Below are positions 27,729 to 37,674 of a stretch of 64,000 bases of DNA, piece after piece (positions within the stretch are counted from its first letter, which is position 1; each line of letters opens with the position of its first letter). This DNA comes from a virus (Duplodnaviria > Caudoviricetes), in the IMG/VR virus record IMGVR_UViG_3300031151_000426. One strand, 5' to 3'. Made by a program: the position numbers and the translations under genes. Below the pieces are notes generated by a model, which did no database searches, had not been told where the DNA came from, and was given only the letters and a program-made list of their open reading frames with translations.

Positions 27729-28681
27729 GCATACTCCTCAATAATGACAATACCCGAAGAACCCGCTCCACCAGCCACTGCCGTGGTGCCATTCACGTAT
27801 GTGGTTGCCGCGCCTGCGCCCCCGGCACCATACCCTGTTCCGGCACCCGGCACGGAATTGATTACGAGAGCGTGTCCACCTCCACCGAGCACAGAATTAC
27901 CTCCGCGACCGCCTTTTGCGGATGAGGATGTTGTCGTTCCACCAGCCGTACCCGTTGCAAAGGACATTTGCCCCCAACCACCCTCTCCAGGAACATTCAG
28001 CAGGACGCTGGAGCCGCTACAGTCACCTGTTTGATTTAAATCAGGCACCAGACTGAAAGTGGCTGTTCCCGATGCGCCATATTTTCCCCCATCTCCACCA
28101 GGCGCGGAAATAAATGTACCGAATGATGATGCTCCACCGGATGTACCGTTCCCGCCAGCTGAACTGGTGCCAGCTGATCCAACGGTAACCGCAACTGAAG
28201 ATAAAGAACTGACATCAATCAGGCCCGTTTCACCATAAGTTCCCGCAGAGCCGCCATGACCCGCGGCTAATGTCCCGGATGAGGTAGAGGCGGCAGCACC
28301 ACCACCAGCCCCGCCTCCACCAACGATGCGAACCCTGATTTTCTTCGTGCCCGCTGTTGGTGTATACGTTCCACTCGCAGTGAAAGTACGAACGTTCAGC
28401 AGACGACCATTTGTATTGGCTTTCAGGGCATTGAGAAAATTGGTCAGAACTACGGATGTGTTTCCGTTATCAAGAACGTCCTGGCCGGTACTGTCTGCGA
28501 TGAATTGTCCGATAACGCTTGCCATCACCGTTCCCTGGCGAAGGGCTTTATTCACCTGCGCACTCGCAGCTTTACCGGACTGAAATCCTGTAAGTAGTGC
28601 GGTTAAGGCTTCCCAGTCTGCTTGCGACATGACGTTTGCGCCCGCGCCTGTAGCGAAAGGTTTGAAGTTATTTGTTGCCAT
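27725..28681 (-). CDS. Gly-rich tail fibre protein
   Basis: N-terminal NNFKPFA...GF..G.A.SAQVNKALRQ anchor followed by a Gly-rich domain. Confidence 0.8.
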   Translation of the reverse strand: MATNNFKPFATGAGANVMSQADWEALTALLTGFQSGKAASAQVNKALRQGTVMASVIGQFIADSTGQDVLDNGNTSVVLTNFLNALKANTNGRLLNVRTFTASGTYTPTAGTKKIRVRIVGGGGAGGGAAASTSSGTLAAGHGGSAGTYGETGLIDVSSLSSVAVTVGSAGTSSAGGNGTSGGASSFGTFISAPGGDGGKYGASGTATFSLVPDLNQTGDCSGSSVLLNVPGEGGWGQMSFATGTAGGTTTSSSAKGGRGGNSVLGGGGHALVINSVPGAGTGYGAGGAGAATTYVNGTTAVAGGAGSSGIVIIEEYA

Positions 28682-29361
28682 TAAAGTAGTTTCCCCCATG
28701 CTCCTACATCGAACCCGCCGATGTATTCATTGTCCAAATCAAACCCAAAGAATTTAGAGCCCTCGGATGGTGTTTCTATCGAAGGCGTTTCAACATCACC
28801 GGCCCAGACGCCAGCAGCTTTTACAGTCAGGTAGCCCTGTTTGATAGCGGCGATCAGTTCGAGAGACACATCAGAAATATCAGTCCCGGGAAAAACCCAG
28901 ACCGAAATCGTCATGTCCTGGTTGTCGACGATCTGCATCTTCAGGCCAGAGCCTGCAGTCGCAGCGTCAAGAATGGGCGGCAGGGAATCGTTGCGGCCGT
29001 CCCAGTTGTTGATAGCGATTTTTGCTTTCAGAATGATTCGGTAGGTGTCATCACTCAGCGAGGTATAACCGGAATCAGGGTCATACGGCCCTTGCCACAC
29101 ACCCTGGTCATATCCAAGCCCGTCGGTGTCCCAACTGAAATAAACACCTGTAATCGGCTGGCTGATTATGCGGCTACGTCCGATCCAGAGCCCGAGGATA
29201 TCAAGCTGAACGCCTACAGCTGTGTCGATGTCAAACGCGCTAACCAGCCCCCGAGTGGCTGATGTGATGTCAATCAGCGGCCGGGTGCTCAGGTCGATGT
29301 GATCAAAGTATTTCGGTCTGGTGGCGTGGTAGTTAGTGATTAAGTCTGTGTACTTGCTCAT
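28681..29361 (-). CDS. Baseplate wedge protein (DUF2612-like)
   Basis: FDIDTAVGVQLD.LG..IG.SR. Confidence 0.85.
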   Translation of the reverse strand: MSKYTDLITNYHATRPKYFDHIDLSTRPLIDITSATRGLVSAFDIDTAVGVQLDILGLWIGRSRIISQPITGVYFSWDTDGLGYDQGVWQGPYDPDSGYTSLSDDTYRIILKAKIAINNWDGRNDSLPPILDAATAGSGLKMQIVDNQDMTISVWVFPGTDISDVSLELIAAIKQGYLTVKAAGVWAGDVETPSIETPSEGSKFFGFDLDNEYIGGFDVGAWGKLL

Positions 29362-30557
29362 GACGTCACCGTTAGAACAATGTTTTCGGGCTTACATGAC
29401 GCTGATTCGTTGTAGGCAATATTGATATTCGCCGCCGCTACAGTTCCCGCAGATTTTCCAATCAGCAGCTCCTGAATGTCGTAATAGCGTGCACTGCCAC
29501 CACTCACCACGCCGAGGTTCGCCGGGGAGTAAATGCGGCTCAGCAGAACAGAATCACCGATCGTCAGCCCGTTGATGTAATCCGCGACGGCCTGCTGAAT
29601 CTGCACGCCAATTTGCGACGTGTAGCCCGTAAAGGCTTTGAGTGTGATATGCCCGTAAATCGGAACATCCGTTGACCGTGAGAAGCGAATCACATGGGGA
29701 TTCCCGTATTTGTCGGGTACCGTGACGGCTGTTGTCCCATACGTTGATACTCCCTGCCCCTTATTACCCCGGATGGCCTGGGCGATTTCAGTCAGATCAC
29801 CGCCATCGACGATGGCGGAAATAGAGTGGTCCGGTAAGCCGTTGCTATCAGTCGCTCCTGTATCGTTTTCGTAGAGCTTGTGACGTGTCACGCCTGCAAC
29901 GTTGGCGATCGCACCATCGACGCCTTCAAACGGAGTGATAGAGGGTAGCGCTACGCTCTGCCCCTGCCTGATGCGCAGCTCTGCGTCGGTTTCAGCCGGT
30001 GCGCCAACGGTGGCCGCCGCTGGATTGGTCACAGATGTCCAGCCACGGGTCGGGGTGTTGATAGTTGTGATAGTTCCAGCCAGCGCGGCAACTGCCCCAC
30101 TGTTGGAACAGGTGGCCGTTACCGTCACCGTACCGTCGACACCAATAACCACCGAGGCAGGAAGACGCCAGATCACGTTATTGGTGTCTTTCACGGTACC
30201 GTTCGTGATAGTTGTCCCTGCGGTGCCGGTGAGCAGCAAATCCACGGTGGAGTTCGTCGCCCCTTTGCGCGCGATACCGTTAATTTTCACGTTACTGGTC
30301 AGCGCTGCGCCGTAACCCGTAGCAGGTGAGAAGCAGTTGTAAACAGTAATGGCCGTGTTATTGGCATCGTGAATAGCCAGCGCCACCAGCGCCACCATCT
30401 GGCCGTCTTTGCTGTCCGGCTCCAGATAAGCGTCACTGCCATAAATCTGCTGAAAATAGCTCGTCAGGGTATCGATTATCGTCTGGTAATCAGGCGCGCT
30501 GATCCCCTCAGCGGTTACCGTTGCCGATAAGCCGAGTGTGTCCAAATTGAGGGCCAT
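29358..30557 (-). CDS. Baseplate J-like protein
   Basis: G...ETDAELR.R motif; 399 aa. Confidence 0.9.
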   Translation of the reverse strand: MALNLDTLGLSATVTAEGISAPDYQTIIDTLTSYFQQIYGSDAYLEPDSKDGQMVALVALAIHDANNTAITVYNCFSPATGYGAALTSNVKINGIARKGATNSTVDLLLTGTAGTTITNGTVKDTNNVIWRLPASVVIGVDGTVTVTATCSNSGAVAALAGTITTINTPTRGWTSVTNPAAATVGAPAETDAELRIRQGQSVALPSITPFEGVDGAIANVAGVTRHKLYENDTGATDSNGLPDHSISAIVDGGDLTEIAQAIRGNKGQGVSTYGTTAVTVPDKYGNPHVIRFSRSTDVPIYGHITLKAFTGYTSQIGVQIQQAVADYINGLTIGDSVLLSRIYSPANLGVVSGGSARYYDIQELLIGKSAGTVAAANINIAYNESASCKPENIVLTVTS

Positions 30558-30911
30558 TTATGCCTCGCTGGTTACTGTCGTTGTTCCGTAGATAGTGTCG
30601 ATCTCAGCGAAGAACTGGACGCGGCGCGTCGTCGTGTTCACTGTCGTATTGAAAGAGAGAATGGATTTAACGCCCCGCATTTCGAGGATGCGCTTACGGA
30701 TCGCCAGGTTGTAGGTTTCCGGCTTCTGCTTACCGAGTACGGACTGAATCCACGGTGTCCCCTCTGTGGTGTCGAGAAACCACTGCCCATACCACAATTC
30801 GAATCGCGTTTTCACAGCCTGCGCCACGGCCTCCGGTGAGTTAATCAGCCAGGTATCATCGCCGCTGCCAAAGGTGTAATCACCGTCGGCGTCTTCACGT
30901 CTGTATCGCAT
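30558..30911 (-). CDS. Baseplate protein (gp25/gpW-like)
   Basis: AVAQAVKTR..L..G.WFLD...G.PW. Confidence 0.8.
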   Translation of the reverse strand: MRYRREDADGDYTFGSGDDTWLINSPEAVAQAVKTRFELWYGQWFLDTTEGTPWIQSVLGKQKPETYNLAIRKRILEMRGVKSILSFNTTVNTTTRRVQFFAEIDTIYGTTTVTSEA

Positions 30912-31666
30912 CAGTTAGGCGCTCCTGTGTTACCGCCGCCGGTCTGTACTCCGCCGTGCGTATGAGTCATCAGGCTCTTACCTCCAGCTTTTACATCGTT
31001 AGTCACCGTGACAGGGCCGAGCATCGTCGCGGTACCGCCACTTTCACCCATCCCCTGAGAGAGATTCCCGTTTATTGTCACGTTGCCGTTTAGCGTGATG
31101 GTGGGTGATGTGATCGTGGTACCTCCTTCTGCTGTCGCCGTCAGCGCGCCGGGGGTTTTAACCGTGATGTTATGGCCTGTGGCCACTTCCACAAATGCAG
31201 CGCCATCATCAGTACGCAGCTGCGCGCCACTGGTGCTTATTCCGCTTATTTTCTGCGCCTGAGACTGCGGCCCGACGATACAGAACGCATCCGATAAATC
31301 ATGCACCCGGTCGTCGACAGGCTCCTGCACCCCGCCGTTCTGCCACCAGAAATCGATGCAGCGATCGGCGAAAATCACCAAGCATTCATCGCCGGCTTTC
31401 ACCGGGAAAGTTAACGTGCAGCCGCCGCCGCGCGGAAATATCACAGGCACATCCACCAGCAGCGGGTAATTTTTGGTAATGCGGTTGCCGTCGTTATCCA
31501 TTTCAACCGAACGGATAGCAGGCTGCACAACCGCCGTCACCGCGCCGGGATCGAATGACTGAACAATGCCAGGCAACGCGACTCGTAGCTGGTTCTTTGT
31601 TGTGTCCCGCTCAGATTTAAAGGTTTCGGCAAGGTCGCCGCTGCGGGTCTGGTCAGATACTGCCAT
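30911..31666 (-). CDS. Baseplate spike (Gp138-like)
   Basis: GDECLV.F.DR.ID.W and C-terminal HTH iron-binding motif (THTHGGV). Confidence 0.88.
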   Translation of the reverse strand: MAVSDQTRSGDLAETFKSERDTTKNQLRVALPGIVQSFDPGAVTAVVQPAIRSVEMDNDGNRITKNYPLLVDVPVIFPRGGGCTLTFPVKAGDECLVIFADRCIDFWWQNGGVQEPVDDRVHDLSDAFCIVGPQSQAQKISGISTSGAQLRTDDGAAFVEVATGHNITVKTPGALTATAEGGTTITSPTITLNGNVTINGNLSQGMGESGGTATMLGPVTVTNDVKAGGKSLMTHTHGGVQTGGGNTGAPN

Positions 31667-31685
31667 TTGGTAGGCTCCAGAAAGC

Positions 31686-31709
31686 AAAAAACCCGCCGGA
31701 TGGCGGGTT
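31686..31709 (-). terminator. Terminator inside the tail operon
   Basis: AACCCGCC/GGCGGGTT plus U-run. Confidence 0.7.
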
Positions 31710-31888
31710 ACTGATCAAATATCAGGATATAAATTATCAGGTGTTGGTGTTACACCTTTTTCGGCTCATCTTGATGGCAATAGTCTTTAAGAACGATTTT
31801 TGCCTCTCCATAAAAGACCAAAGCCAACAAAGTTCCAGCCAGTGACCATATAGCATTAATTCTTTTCCGGAAGGAGCCGCCAAAGGTT

Positions 31889-32254
31889 ATGACTAAATCA
31901 GTTTTCAAAGTACGCCTCTCAAAATCCATAGGGGAAGAATTGATCCCTTACATCGAGGATGTTATCCCCGCTGAAGCCCGGAAAATGGGTGTAAGGGCGC
32001 GGGTAGGTGATTCAGCACCGTCTGCATCATCACCCGCATCGGTGATACTCGGGTATATTTTTGAATTTATTCAAAACAAAGATGTTTGCTACAGCGTTGC
32101 TGCTGTTGTTGCTGCATGGATTCGAGCAAAACACAGCAAGAAGATAATTATCAAAAAAGGTGGCTACAAAATAGAAGCAAGCAACCTCACTGATGAACAA
32201 CTTTTTAAGCTATTCAGTGAGGCTAAAGAAGAAATTGAGATCAAAAAGGAATGA
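31889..32254 (+). CDS. Inverted moron, hypothetical protein
   Basis: 121 aa, opposite strand, lower GC than the neighbours. Confidence 0.7.
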   Translation: MTKSVFKVRLSKSIGEELIPYIEDVIPAEARKMGVRARVGDSAPSASSPASVILGYIFEFIQNKDVCYSVAAVVAAWIRAKHSKKIIIKKGGYKIEASNLTDEQLFKLFSEAKEEIEIKKE

Positions 32255-32273
32255 TTAAACTAAGTGCCTGCCT

Positions 32274-32621
32274 TCAACCAGGCACTTTCTTACACGGGAA
32301 AGATCCGATGATTCTCGGCGCGTCCATGCTGTTCTGCAGCAGCTGGACGTTCAGGAAACGGGTTTCGGTACCAGGGCGATGGATATACTCAAACCCATAG
32401 TTGTTGCCATCTTTAGCAGGCATCAGTCCCATTTTGATTTGCATGCCTGTACCGTCTTTGCCCAGCATCTTAACTTTTTGGGATGTTACGGTTTCGCCAT
32501 TGATTTTAAACAATGAGTCAGGGATCGCGTCCATACGAAAATTACCACATTGCATCGTTATGGTCTTTGCACTTGCGCCAACAGACGCTAACACCAGTAA
32601 TGAAAAAATCCATCGTTTCAT
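32274..32621 (-). CDS. Secreted hypothetical protein
   Basis: Signal peptide MKRWIFSLLVLASVGASA. Confidence 0.7.
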   Translation of the reverse strand: MKRWIFSLLVLASVGASAKTITMQCGNFRMDAIPDSLFKINGETVTSQKVKMLGKDGTGMQIKMGLMPAKDGNNYGFEYIHRPGTETRFLNVQLLQNSMDAPRIIGSFPCKKVPG

Positions 32622-32623
32622 TT

Positions 32624-33688
32624 CTATAAACCCCTCTGCAATGCGGTGCTCGATGGCATATCCTGCGCGCCACGCGCTTCGCACATCATATCCATGTACC
32701 ACGCCTGGCCCCTTGTGTCGCCAGTGTACATAATCCCGCGCACAATATAAACGCCATCCGTTGCGATGCTTGCAGGCTGCGCCGTGGTGCCGCTGAGCGT
32801 GATATTTCCGTCCGTGTTCTGGTCGGTGATGCGGCCACCAGCCATCGCGATATCATTGTTCGACAGCGCGGTGCGGAATACCGAAGCCTGATCCAGCTGA
32901 ATGAGCCCGTTAACCCGGATGTTCGGGTTAATCAGTGCGCGGACGTTTACGCCGTTGCCGATAGTCTGCTGCGGCATACCGATAAGCCCGGTGGCGCTGT
33001 TGAGCACAATCGCGTCGTGAACATACTCGTTATTCGCCACCATCTGCCGCTGGCCGTCCACGAACTGCCATGTTGCACCGCATTGTCCGGCCACGTTGTC
33101 CATAAGATGCCGTGTCATGCCGAACAGCACCCGGCCACGGGGAAACACGGTAGCAGGCATTTCAGGCGTCAGGCCTTCGGTCGCGCCTTTGGCCTCGAAG
33201 TCTTTCATCAGCGCGCGGTTCACGTCTGCGACCGTGTAACCGGCTGCCAGCGTCTGCGAGGTTATGCTGGTGGCAAACGCCAGATCCGTATCGGCTGCCT
33301 GAATCAGGACGTAGGAATCAATGGGGCTGTCTTTTCCTGTGACCGAGTAGCGAATTTCACCGCTGAAAATCAGTCCGTAGTTCCGGCCATCACTCTGGCC
33401 CACGTCCGCCGCGTCGACTTCGCGCACGGTCCCGACATCGCTTGCCGACACCTCCGGCGCGATTCCGTCGTAACCGGCAATTAGCCGCACCTTAGAAAAC
33501 TCCTGCCCGGTGATGCGGTTCACCGTATCAGCTGACAGGTTGTAAATTTTGAACGTTCCAACCCGTGACGCGCTGCTGATGTTGAACCAGTCGATCGTAA
33601 AGGTCACTTTAAAATCGCCGAGCTCGATACCCTGCCCGTTCTCGTCCACGAGCTGCAGCTCGAAATGTCTCATCCAGTTCTGTGACAT
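32624..33688 (-). CDS. Baseplate hub protein
   Basis: IYNLS, L.AGY and GDTRG..WY; position fits. Confidence 0.8.
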   Translation of the reverse strand: MSQNWMRHFELQLVDENGQGIELGDFKVTFTIDWFNISSASRVGTFKIYNLSADTVNRITGQEFSKVRLIAGYDGIAPEVSASDVGTVREVDAADVGQSDGRNYGLIFSGEIRYSVTGKDSPIDSYVLIQAADTDLAFATSITSQTLAAGYTVADVNRALMKDFEAKGATEGLTPEMPATVFPRGRVLFGMTRHLMDNVAGQCGATWQFVDGQRQMVANNEYVHDAIVLNSATGLIGMPQQTIGNGVNVRALINPNIRVNGLIQLDQASVFRTALSNNDIAMAGGRITDQNTDGNITLSGTTAQPASIATDGVYIVRGIMYTGDTRGQAWYMDMMCEARGAQDMPSSTALQRGL

Positions 33689-33690
33689 GC

Positions 33691-33993
33691 TTACTCCGTT
33701 GATACCAGTAAATGACTGCGACCGCCCAGGTCGGTTTTCGTCGGATAATCCTGTGTACTGTCGTCACAGACCAGTACCAGCTTAAAGCCGAGGCCCATAT
33801 AGCCATACTGCGCCAGCAGGTCAGCCCCCGTTACGAGAGGAATACCAGAGATTACCGGCTCCCCTCTGTCGTTCTGCAGGTCCATAATCCAGTACAGATC
33901 GCGCCAGATGATGCTAATCCGCCAGGTGGTCCCCGCAAGGATGATGCTGAATTGCTGGTTATCCGCTGTCAGCGGGATTTCCTGAATTGCCAT
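33691..33993 (-). CDS. Baseplate plug-like protein
   Basis: GIPLV.G.DLL.QY.Y. Confidence 0.75.
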   Translation of the reverse strand: MAIQEIPLTADNQQFSIILAGTTWRISIIWRDLYWIMDLQNDRGEPVISGIPLVTGADLLAQYGYMGLGFKLVLVCDDSTQDYPTKTDLGGRSHLLVSTE

Positions 33994-34580
33994 TAGCCGA
34001 ACCCCAGTAGTGACGCCGCGTTACCCGTGATGCTTTTCAGCAGCGAGGTATTTGGCGGCTTTGTGGTTTTGTTGCCGGTATTCAGTACCGCCGACGTGCT
34101 GGCCCCGTCCTTCATGTTTGTTTTATCCGCAACGGTAATCTGCTGAGTCTGCGAGATAAGAACCTCTCTCAGAGTGAGGACGGCAGATAATACGTTTTCG
34201 GTCGTCTTGTCTGTCGTCACTTCCAGCGCACGGATCAGCATGTTGCTGTACAGCCGCTTACCGGTCACCACATCGAAAGGAATTCGGCTCGCCTGCAGGT
34301 CGAGTATCTCCTGATACGTCTGCTGGGGACTCAGGCCCAGTAAGCTGGTGGCCGTCAGGTTACTGGCAAAATCCAGCAACGCTCCGCCACCAGCGAAACC
34401 GACCTCCATCACCACTTCGGACGGCTTTTTGTAGGCATGGTCTGCAATGGCTGCCCCGACCTCGACAGGGTGCTCGGTTATCTCCAGCGTATCGGTATGC
34501 TTCTCAGAAACCACCACGCTGGGGACGATCATCCCGATTTTTCGGGTCTGCTGTTGAAAGAGAGTAGAGAGAAAATCCAT
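33993..34580 (-). CDS. Dit-like tail/baseplate protein
   Basis: E.H.....ITEHPVE.GA.I.DHA...P. Confidence 0.8.
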   Translation of the reverse strand: MDFLSTLFQQQTRKIGMIVPSVVVSEKHTDTLEITEHPVEVGAAIADHAYKKPSEVVMEVGFAGGGALLDFASNLTATSLLGLSPQQTYQEILDLQASRIPFDVVTGKRLYSNMLIRALEVTTDKTTENVLSAVLTLREVLISQTQQITVADKTNMKDGASTSAVLNTGNKTTKPPNTSLLKSITGNAASLLGFG

Positions 34581-36589
34581 TAGCCCACCTTCGTTTGATT
34601 GCCACGCATGACCTGAGCGTTTGCCGACTGCTGGCGGCGCTCGACCTCGGTACCAACAGAACGCGGATCGCCACCACCGTAGATGTGATAGGTGTTCTGC
34701 TGCTGTACCTGCGCCCCCTTCCCGGGCATGTTACTCAACACCTTAGGAATGTAGTTGCGGGTTTCCTGCGGCATCAGGGCCATTCCGTGCTTCTGCACAT
34801 TCCCGATCCCCCAGTTATATGAGGCCAGCGCTTTGCTCAGGTCACCGCCGTTAGCCTTCAGCAATTGCGAGAGATATTTAGCGGCTGCCTGAGCGGCCTT
34901 TTCAGGATTGAACACGTCGTTCCCGCGCAGTCCCATATCACGCGCGGTACCGTCCATAAACTGAAACAGCCCTTTAGCGCCAGCACCTGAAACGGCGAAC
35001 TGATTACCGCCCGATTCCGTGATGGCCACACTGCGCAGCAAACCTTCCGGAAGCCGATAGAGTTGTTCCAGGCTAGTGAGCATCGGCTGCATCCATCCCA
35101 GCAACTCAGAACCCGCTTTGGTTGGCTGTGGCCGCTTGACTGACTGGCCGATTTGTTCAGGCTCATCATCACCAAACCAGCCGCGTACAGTTCGGCCCAC
35201 GCTGCGAGGATCGAATCCCCAGTGCTCTTTAATCCAGTCGGCGGTACCGTTGGCGCTGTCTGTTACCATCGGCATCGCTGACGGGTTTTCACTACCTTGG
35301 TTCAGCAGTTGTTTGCCGATGCTGGCGGCATCAGCCCAGCGGCCATCTTTAATGGCGTTGAGCAGGTCGGCGATCATATTCAGCATCCTGCTGAACTCGC
35401 CCATCTGGTCGATGAAGTTGCTGAAATCCCACTTCAGGGACCACGATTTGGGGTCAATATTGAGCAGTTTCGCCAGCGCTTTCGCCAGATCGTTAACGGT
35501 CCCCTGCAGGTCATGGACCATTTTTAGCGCGGCGTCGACTTCCGGTTTCCACTTGCCCCAGTCAATCAGGCTCTGACCGCCTTCCTTCCAGGTCTTATAA
35601 TCCTCCCACAGGAGGGCAATACCCGCCGCCAGCGCGGTAATCAGGCCAATCGGTGACATCCAGAACGTGCTGTTCAGAATGCGCAGCGCAATCGTCAGCG
35701 CGCCAAACAGCGAGATCAGCTCCCGCGTTTGCTTGTCCAGTGATTTCCACCAGGTAATAAGGTCTGATGTCCCCTCGATGAGCCGGAAGAACAGCCGCCC
35801 GATAATGTCCCCGAGCGCCAGAATGCCTTTTATGGCCTTCGTCAGCGTCTGCTCGATGCGCGGGAAGTTATCCAGGATGTGGCGGCGCAGGGTGTCCAGC
35901 GAACCCGCCAGGCCACCAGCGAGATTAGAGCCGATTTTATCCCGGGCCATACCCGCCATCGCGCCGAACTCGCGCAGGGATGTCATAAACTTGTTGGAGC
36001 TTCTGGCCGCCTCGTCTGCATTGAAGCCGATCGCCTTCGCCATTGCGCTGTACTGCCCGGAGAAACCACCCACGCCACGGCGCATCGCCATGAGGGTATT
36101 TTCATCAATACCCAGCATCTGGGCATACTGGTTAGCCCGGTAATACGGCATGCTACTGAGCTTCTGGCCGACACCCGTAAAAATGGCGGCCATATCGCGC
36201 ATGTTACCGCTGGCGTCACGGGTCTGGACACCCAGTCGGTTCAGGAACCCTTCCGCGCCGGGGTTATTTCGTACAAACCGGGAGAGGCTTTCCAGAGAGC
36301 CGCGCGCCGCGTCGACGCTGCCGCCCACCTGCGAAACCGCATAGCCAATCGACTGAATCCCCTGAACCGTCGCGCCGGTGCGCTGTGATGCCCAGTAGAG
36401 ATTATCCAGACCGGAGGCGATCTTAGCCGTAAAGGCCACCACGGTAAGCGCGGCACCTTCGACGGCCAGCCCCATTTTGATGGCGTTTGCGGTCGTACCT
36501 GCGAGGACTGAATCGAACTTTTCCGCGCCTGCTTCGTCGATATCGAAACCGAGCGAGACGAGGAAATCTTTAATAGTCTCAGCGTTCAT
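34580..36589 (-). CDS. Tape measure protein with lytic transglycosylase domain
   Basis: IKDFLVSLGF N-terminus; ES.G...A.S..GA.GL.Q.M...ASYNWG...ET.NY. Confidence 0.9.
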   Translation of the reverse strand: MNAETIKDFLVSLGFDIDEAGAEKFDSVLAGTTANAIKMGLAVEGAALTVVAFTAKIASGLDNLYWASQRTGATVQGIQSIGYAVSQVGGSVDAARGSLESLSRFVRNNPGAEGFLNRLGVQTRDASGNMRDMAAIFTGVGQKLSSMPYYRANQYAQMLGIDENTLMAMRRGVGGFSGQYSAMAKAIGFNADEAARSSNKFMTSLREFGAMAGMARDKIGSNLAGGLAGSLDTLRRHILDNFPRIEQTLTKAIKGILALGDIIGRLFFRLIEGTSDLITWWKSLDKQTRELISLFGALTIALRILNSTFWMSPIGLITALAAGIALLWEDYKTWKEGGQSLIDWGKWKPEVDAALKMVHDLQGTVNDLAKALAKLLNIDPKSWSLKWDFSNFIDQMGEFSRMLNMIADLLNAIKDGRWADAASIGKQLLNQGSENPSAMPMVTDSANGTADWIKEHWGFDPRSVGRTVRGWFGDDEPEQIGQSVKRPQPTKAGSELLGWMQPMLTSLEQLYRLPEGLLRSVAITESGGNQFAVSGAGAKGLFQFMDGTARDMGLRGNDVFNPEKAAQAAAKYLSQLLKANGGDLSKALASYNWGIGNVQKHGMALMPQETRNYIPKVLSNMPGKGAQVQQQNTYHIYGGGDPRSVGTEVERRQQSANAQVMRGNQTKVG

Positions 36590-36821
36590 TATCCTCTCTC
36601 CATTTCTCTATACGGCGCTGGTTGTCAGCCTTAACGGCCAGGTGGTCATTCATCAGCGCGATATCGCACAGATCGACAGATCCATCCTTCAGCGCGTAAT
36701 AAGGGATTAACCCGGCGTCAACCGGGTCAAGGAGATAAGACAGCCCGTCAGGCAGGCTGTTGAGGGTTAGCCCTGAGGCTGGTCCGCCGTCGCGCTGGTA
36801 GGGCTCACGGGCAAAAAATTT
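36579..36821 (-). CDS. Frameshift extension (gpGT-like) of the tail assembly chaperone
   Basis: -1 frame open from slippery A-AAT-TTT (36821-36815) to TGA at 36579, encoding ...LKDGSVDLCDIALMND... Confidence 0.7.
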   Translation of the reverse strand, partial: KFFAREPYQRDGGPASGLTLNSLPDGLSYLLDPVDAGLIPYYALKDGSVDLCDIALMNDHLAVKADNQRRIEKWREDNER

Positions 36822-37219
36822 CCCAGCGAATCGGCGACCACCCGCGCCACCAACTGCAGCATGGTCAGCAGGTCGATATCATCGAACATCAGCTGACCGC
36901 TGTTAAATACCGGCGTCCATCCGTCCATGTGCTTGCGTGATACCACGGCCAGGCAAGGATGAATAATCGCGTTGGTGTCTTCTTCGGTCAGGGAAGACAG
37001 TTCCTCAGCGATACGCGGGAGCAGGGTTTCAAACACCGGTTTCAGCTGATCGAATTTCACGGTGTCGATTTTGCCGTCAGCAGGCAGCAGGGAGCGAATG
37101 CTCCCGAAATCTGACATCATGCCTGCCAGAACCGGCAGGAGTTTGCGGGTCACTTTCAGCTGGTCAAAAACGCTGAGTTTTGCCACGCGGTAATCGTGGC
37201 CTTTGATTGAGCATTCCAT
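36767..37219 (-). CDS. Tail assembly chaperone
   Basis: Lies between tube and tape measure; KL..FDQ..V.RKL.P. Confidence 0.8.
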   Translation of the reverse strand: MECSIKGHDYRVAKLSVFDQLKVTRKLLPVLAGMMSDFGSIRSLLPADGKIDTVKFDQLKPVFETLLPRIAEELSSLTEEDTNAIIHPCLAVVSRKHMDGWTPVFNSGQLMFDDIDLLTMLQLVARVVADSLGNFLPVSPTSATADQPQG

Positions 37220-37222
37220 CTG

Positions 37223-37663
37223 TTAAAACTCTCCGAGTACCTGGTCGATTTTGCCGCAGTCAAACACCCAGGGCATCGTATTACCTGCTTTAGCGTTGGC
37301 GTTATCCGGCTGTTTCTGGAACGCCACGCTGCGCGCCGTGATGATGTCACCGCTCACCTTGTTACGGATCACAATGACGTTGTTCCCCCAGGTGCCTGAG
37401 GACTGACTCTGGGCGTTGTACGCCAGCGACAGCTTTTTGTTCGTCGGTGAGGTTTTCAGCAGATTGATGGTCACCGTGCCGCTTTTATCCGCGTGCAGGC
37501 TGTGCATCACTTCGCCGTCAGCACCGATGGTCATGGTGTTTTTTGGGCCGCCCATTGCAACGGTGATCCCCTCCTCTGAACTGGCGGAACCATAGCCCAG
37601 ATCAATCTCACCGGTCGGGCCGGAAAGGGACGCCGTGACGTCCATAAAAGAATACGTAGCCAT
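37223..37663 (-). CDS. Tail tube protein (DUF3277-like)
   Basis: IGADG..MHS....SG.VT..LL.TSP.N. Confidence 0.85.
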   Translation of the reverse strand: MATYSFMDVTASLSGPTGEIDLGYGSASSEEGITVAMGGPKNTMTIGADGEVMHSLHADKSGTVTINLLKTSPTNKKLSLAYNAQSQSSGTWGNNVIVIRNKVSGDIITARSVAFQKQPDNANAKAGNTMPWVFDCGKIDQVLGEF

Positions 37664-37674
37664 TCATGTTCTCC

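Noticed and set aside
27725-28330. Diversity-generating retroelement or DNA repeat array in the fibre
   Set aside because: Repetitiveness reflects Gly codons only; no reverse transcriptase in the window.
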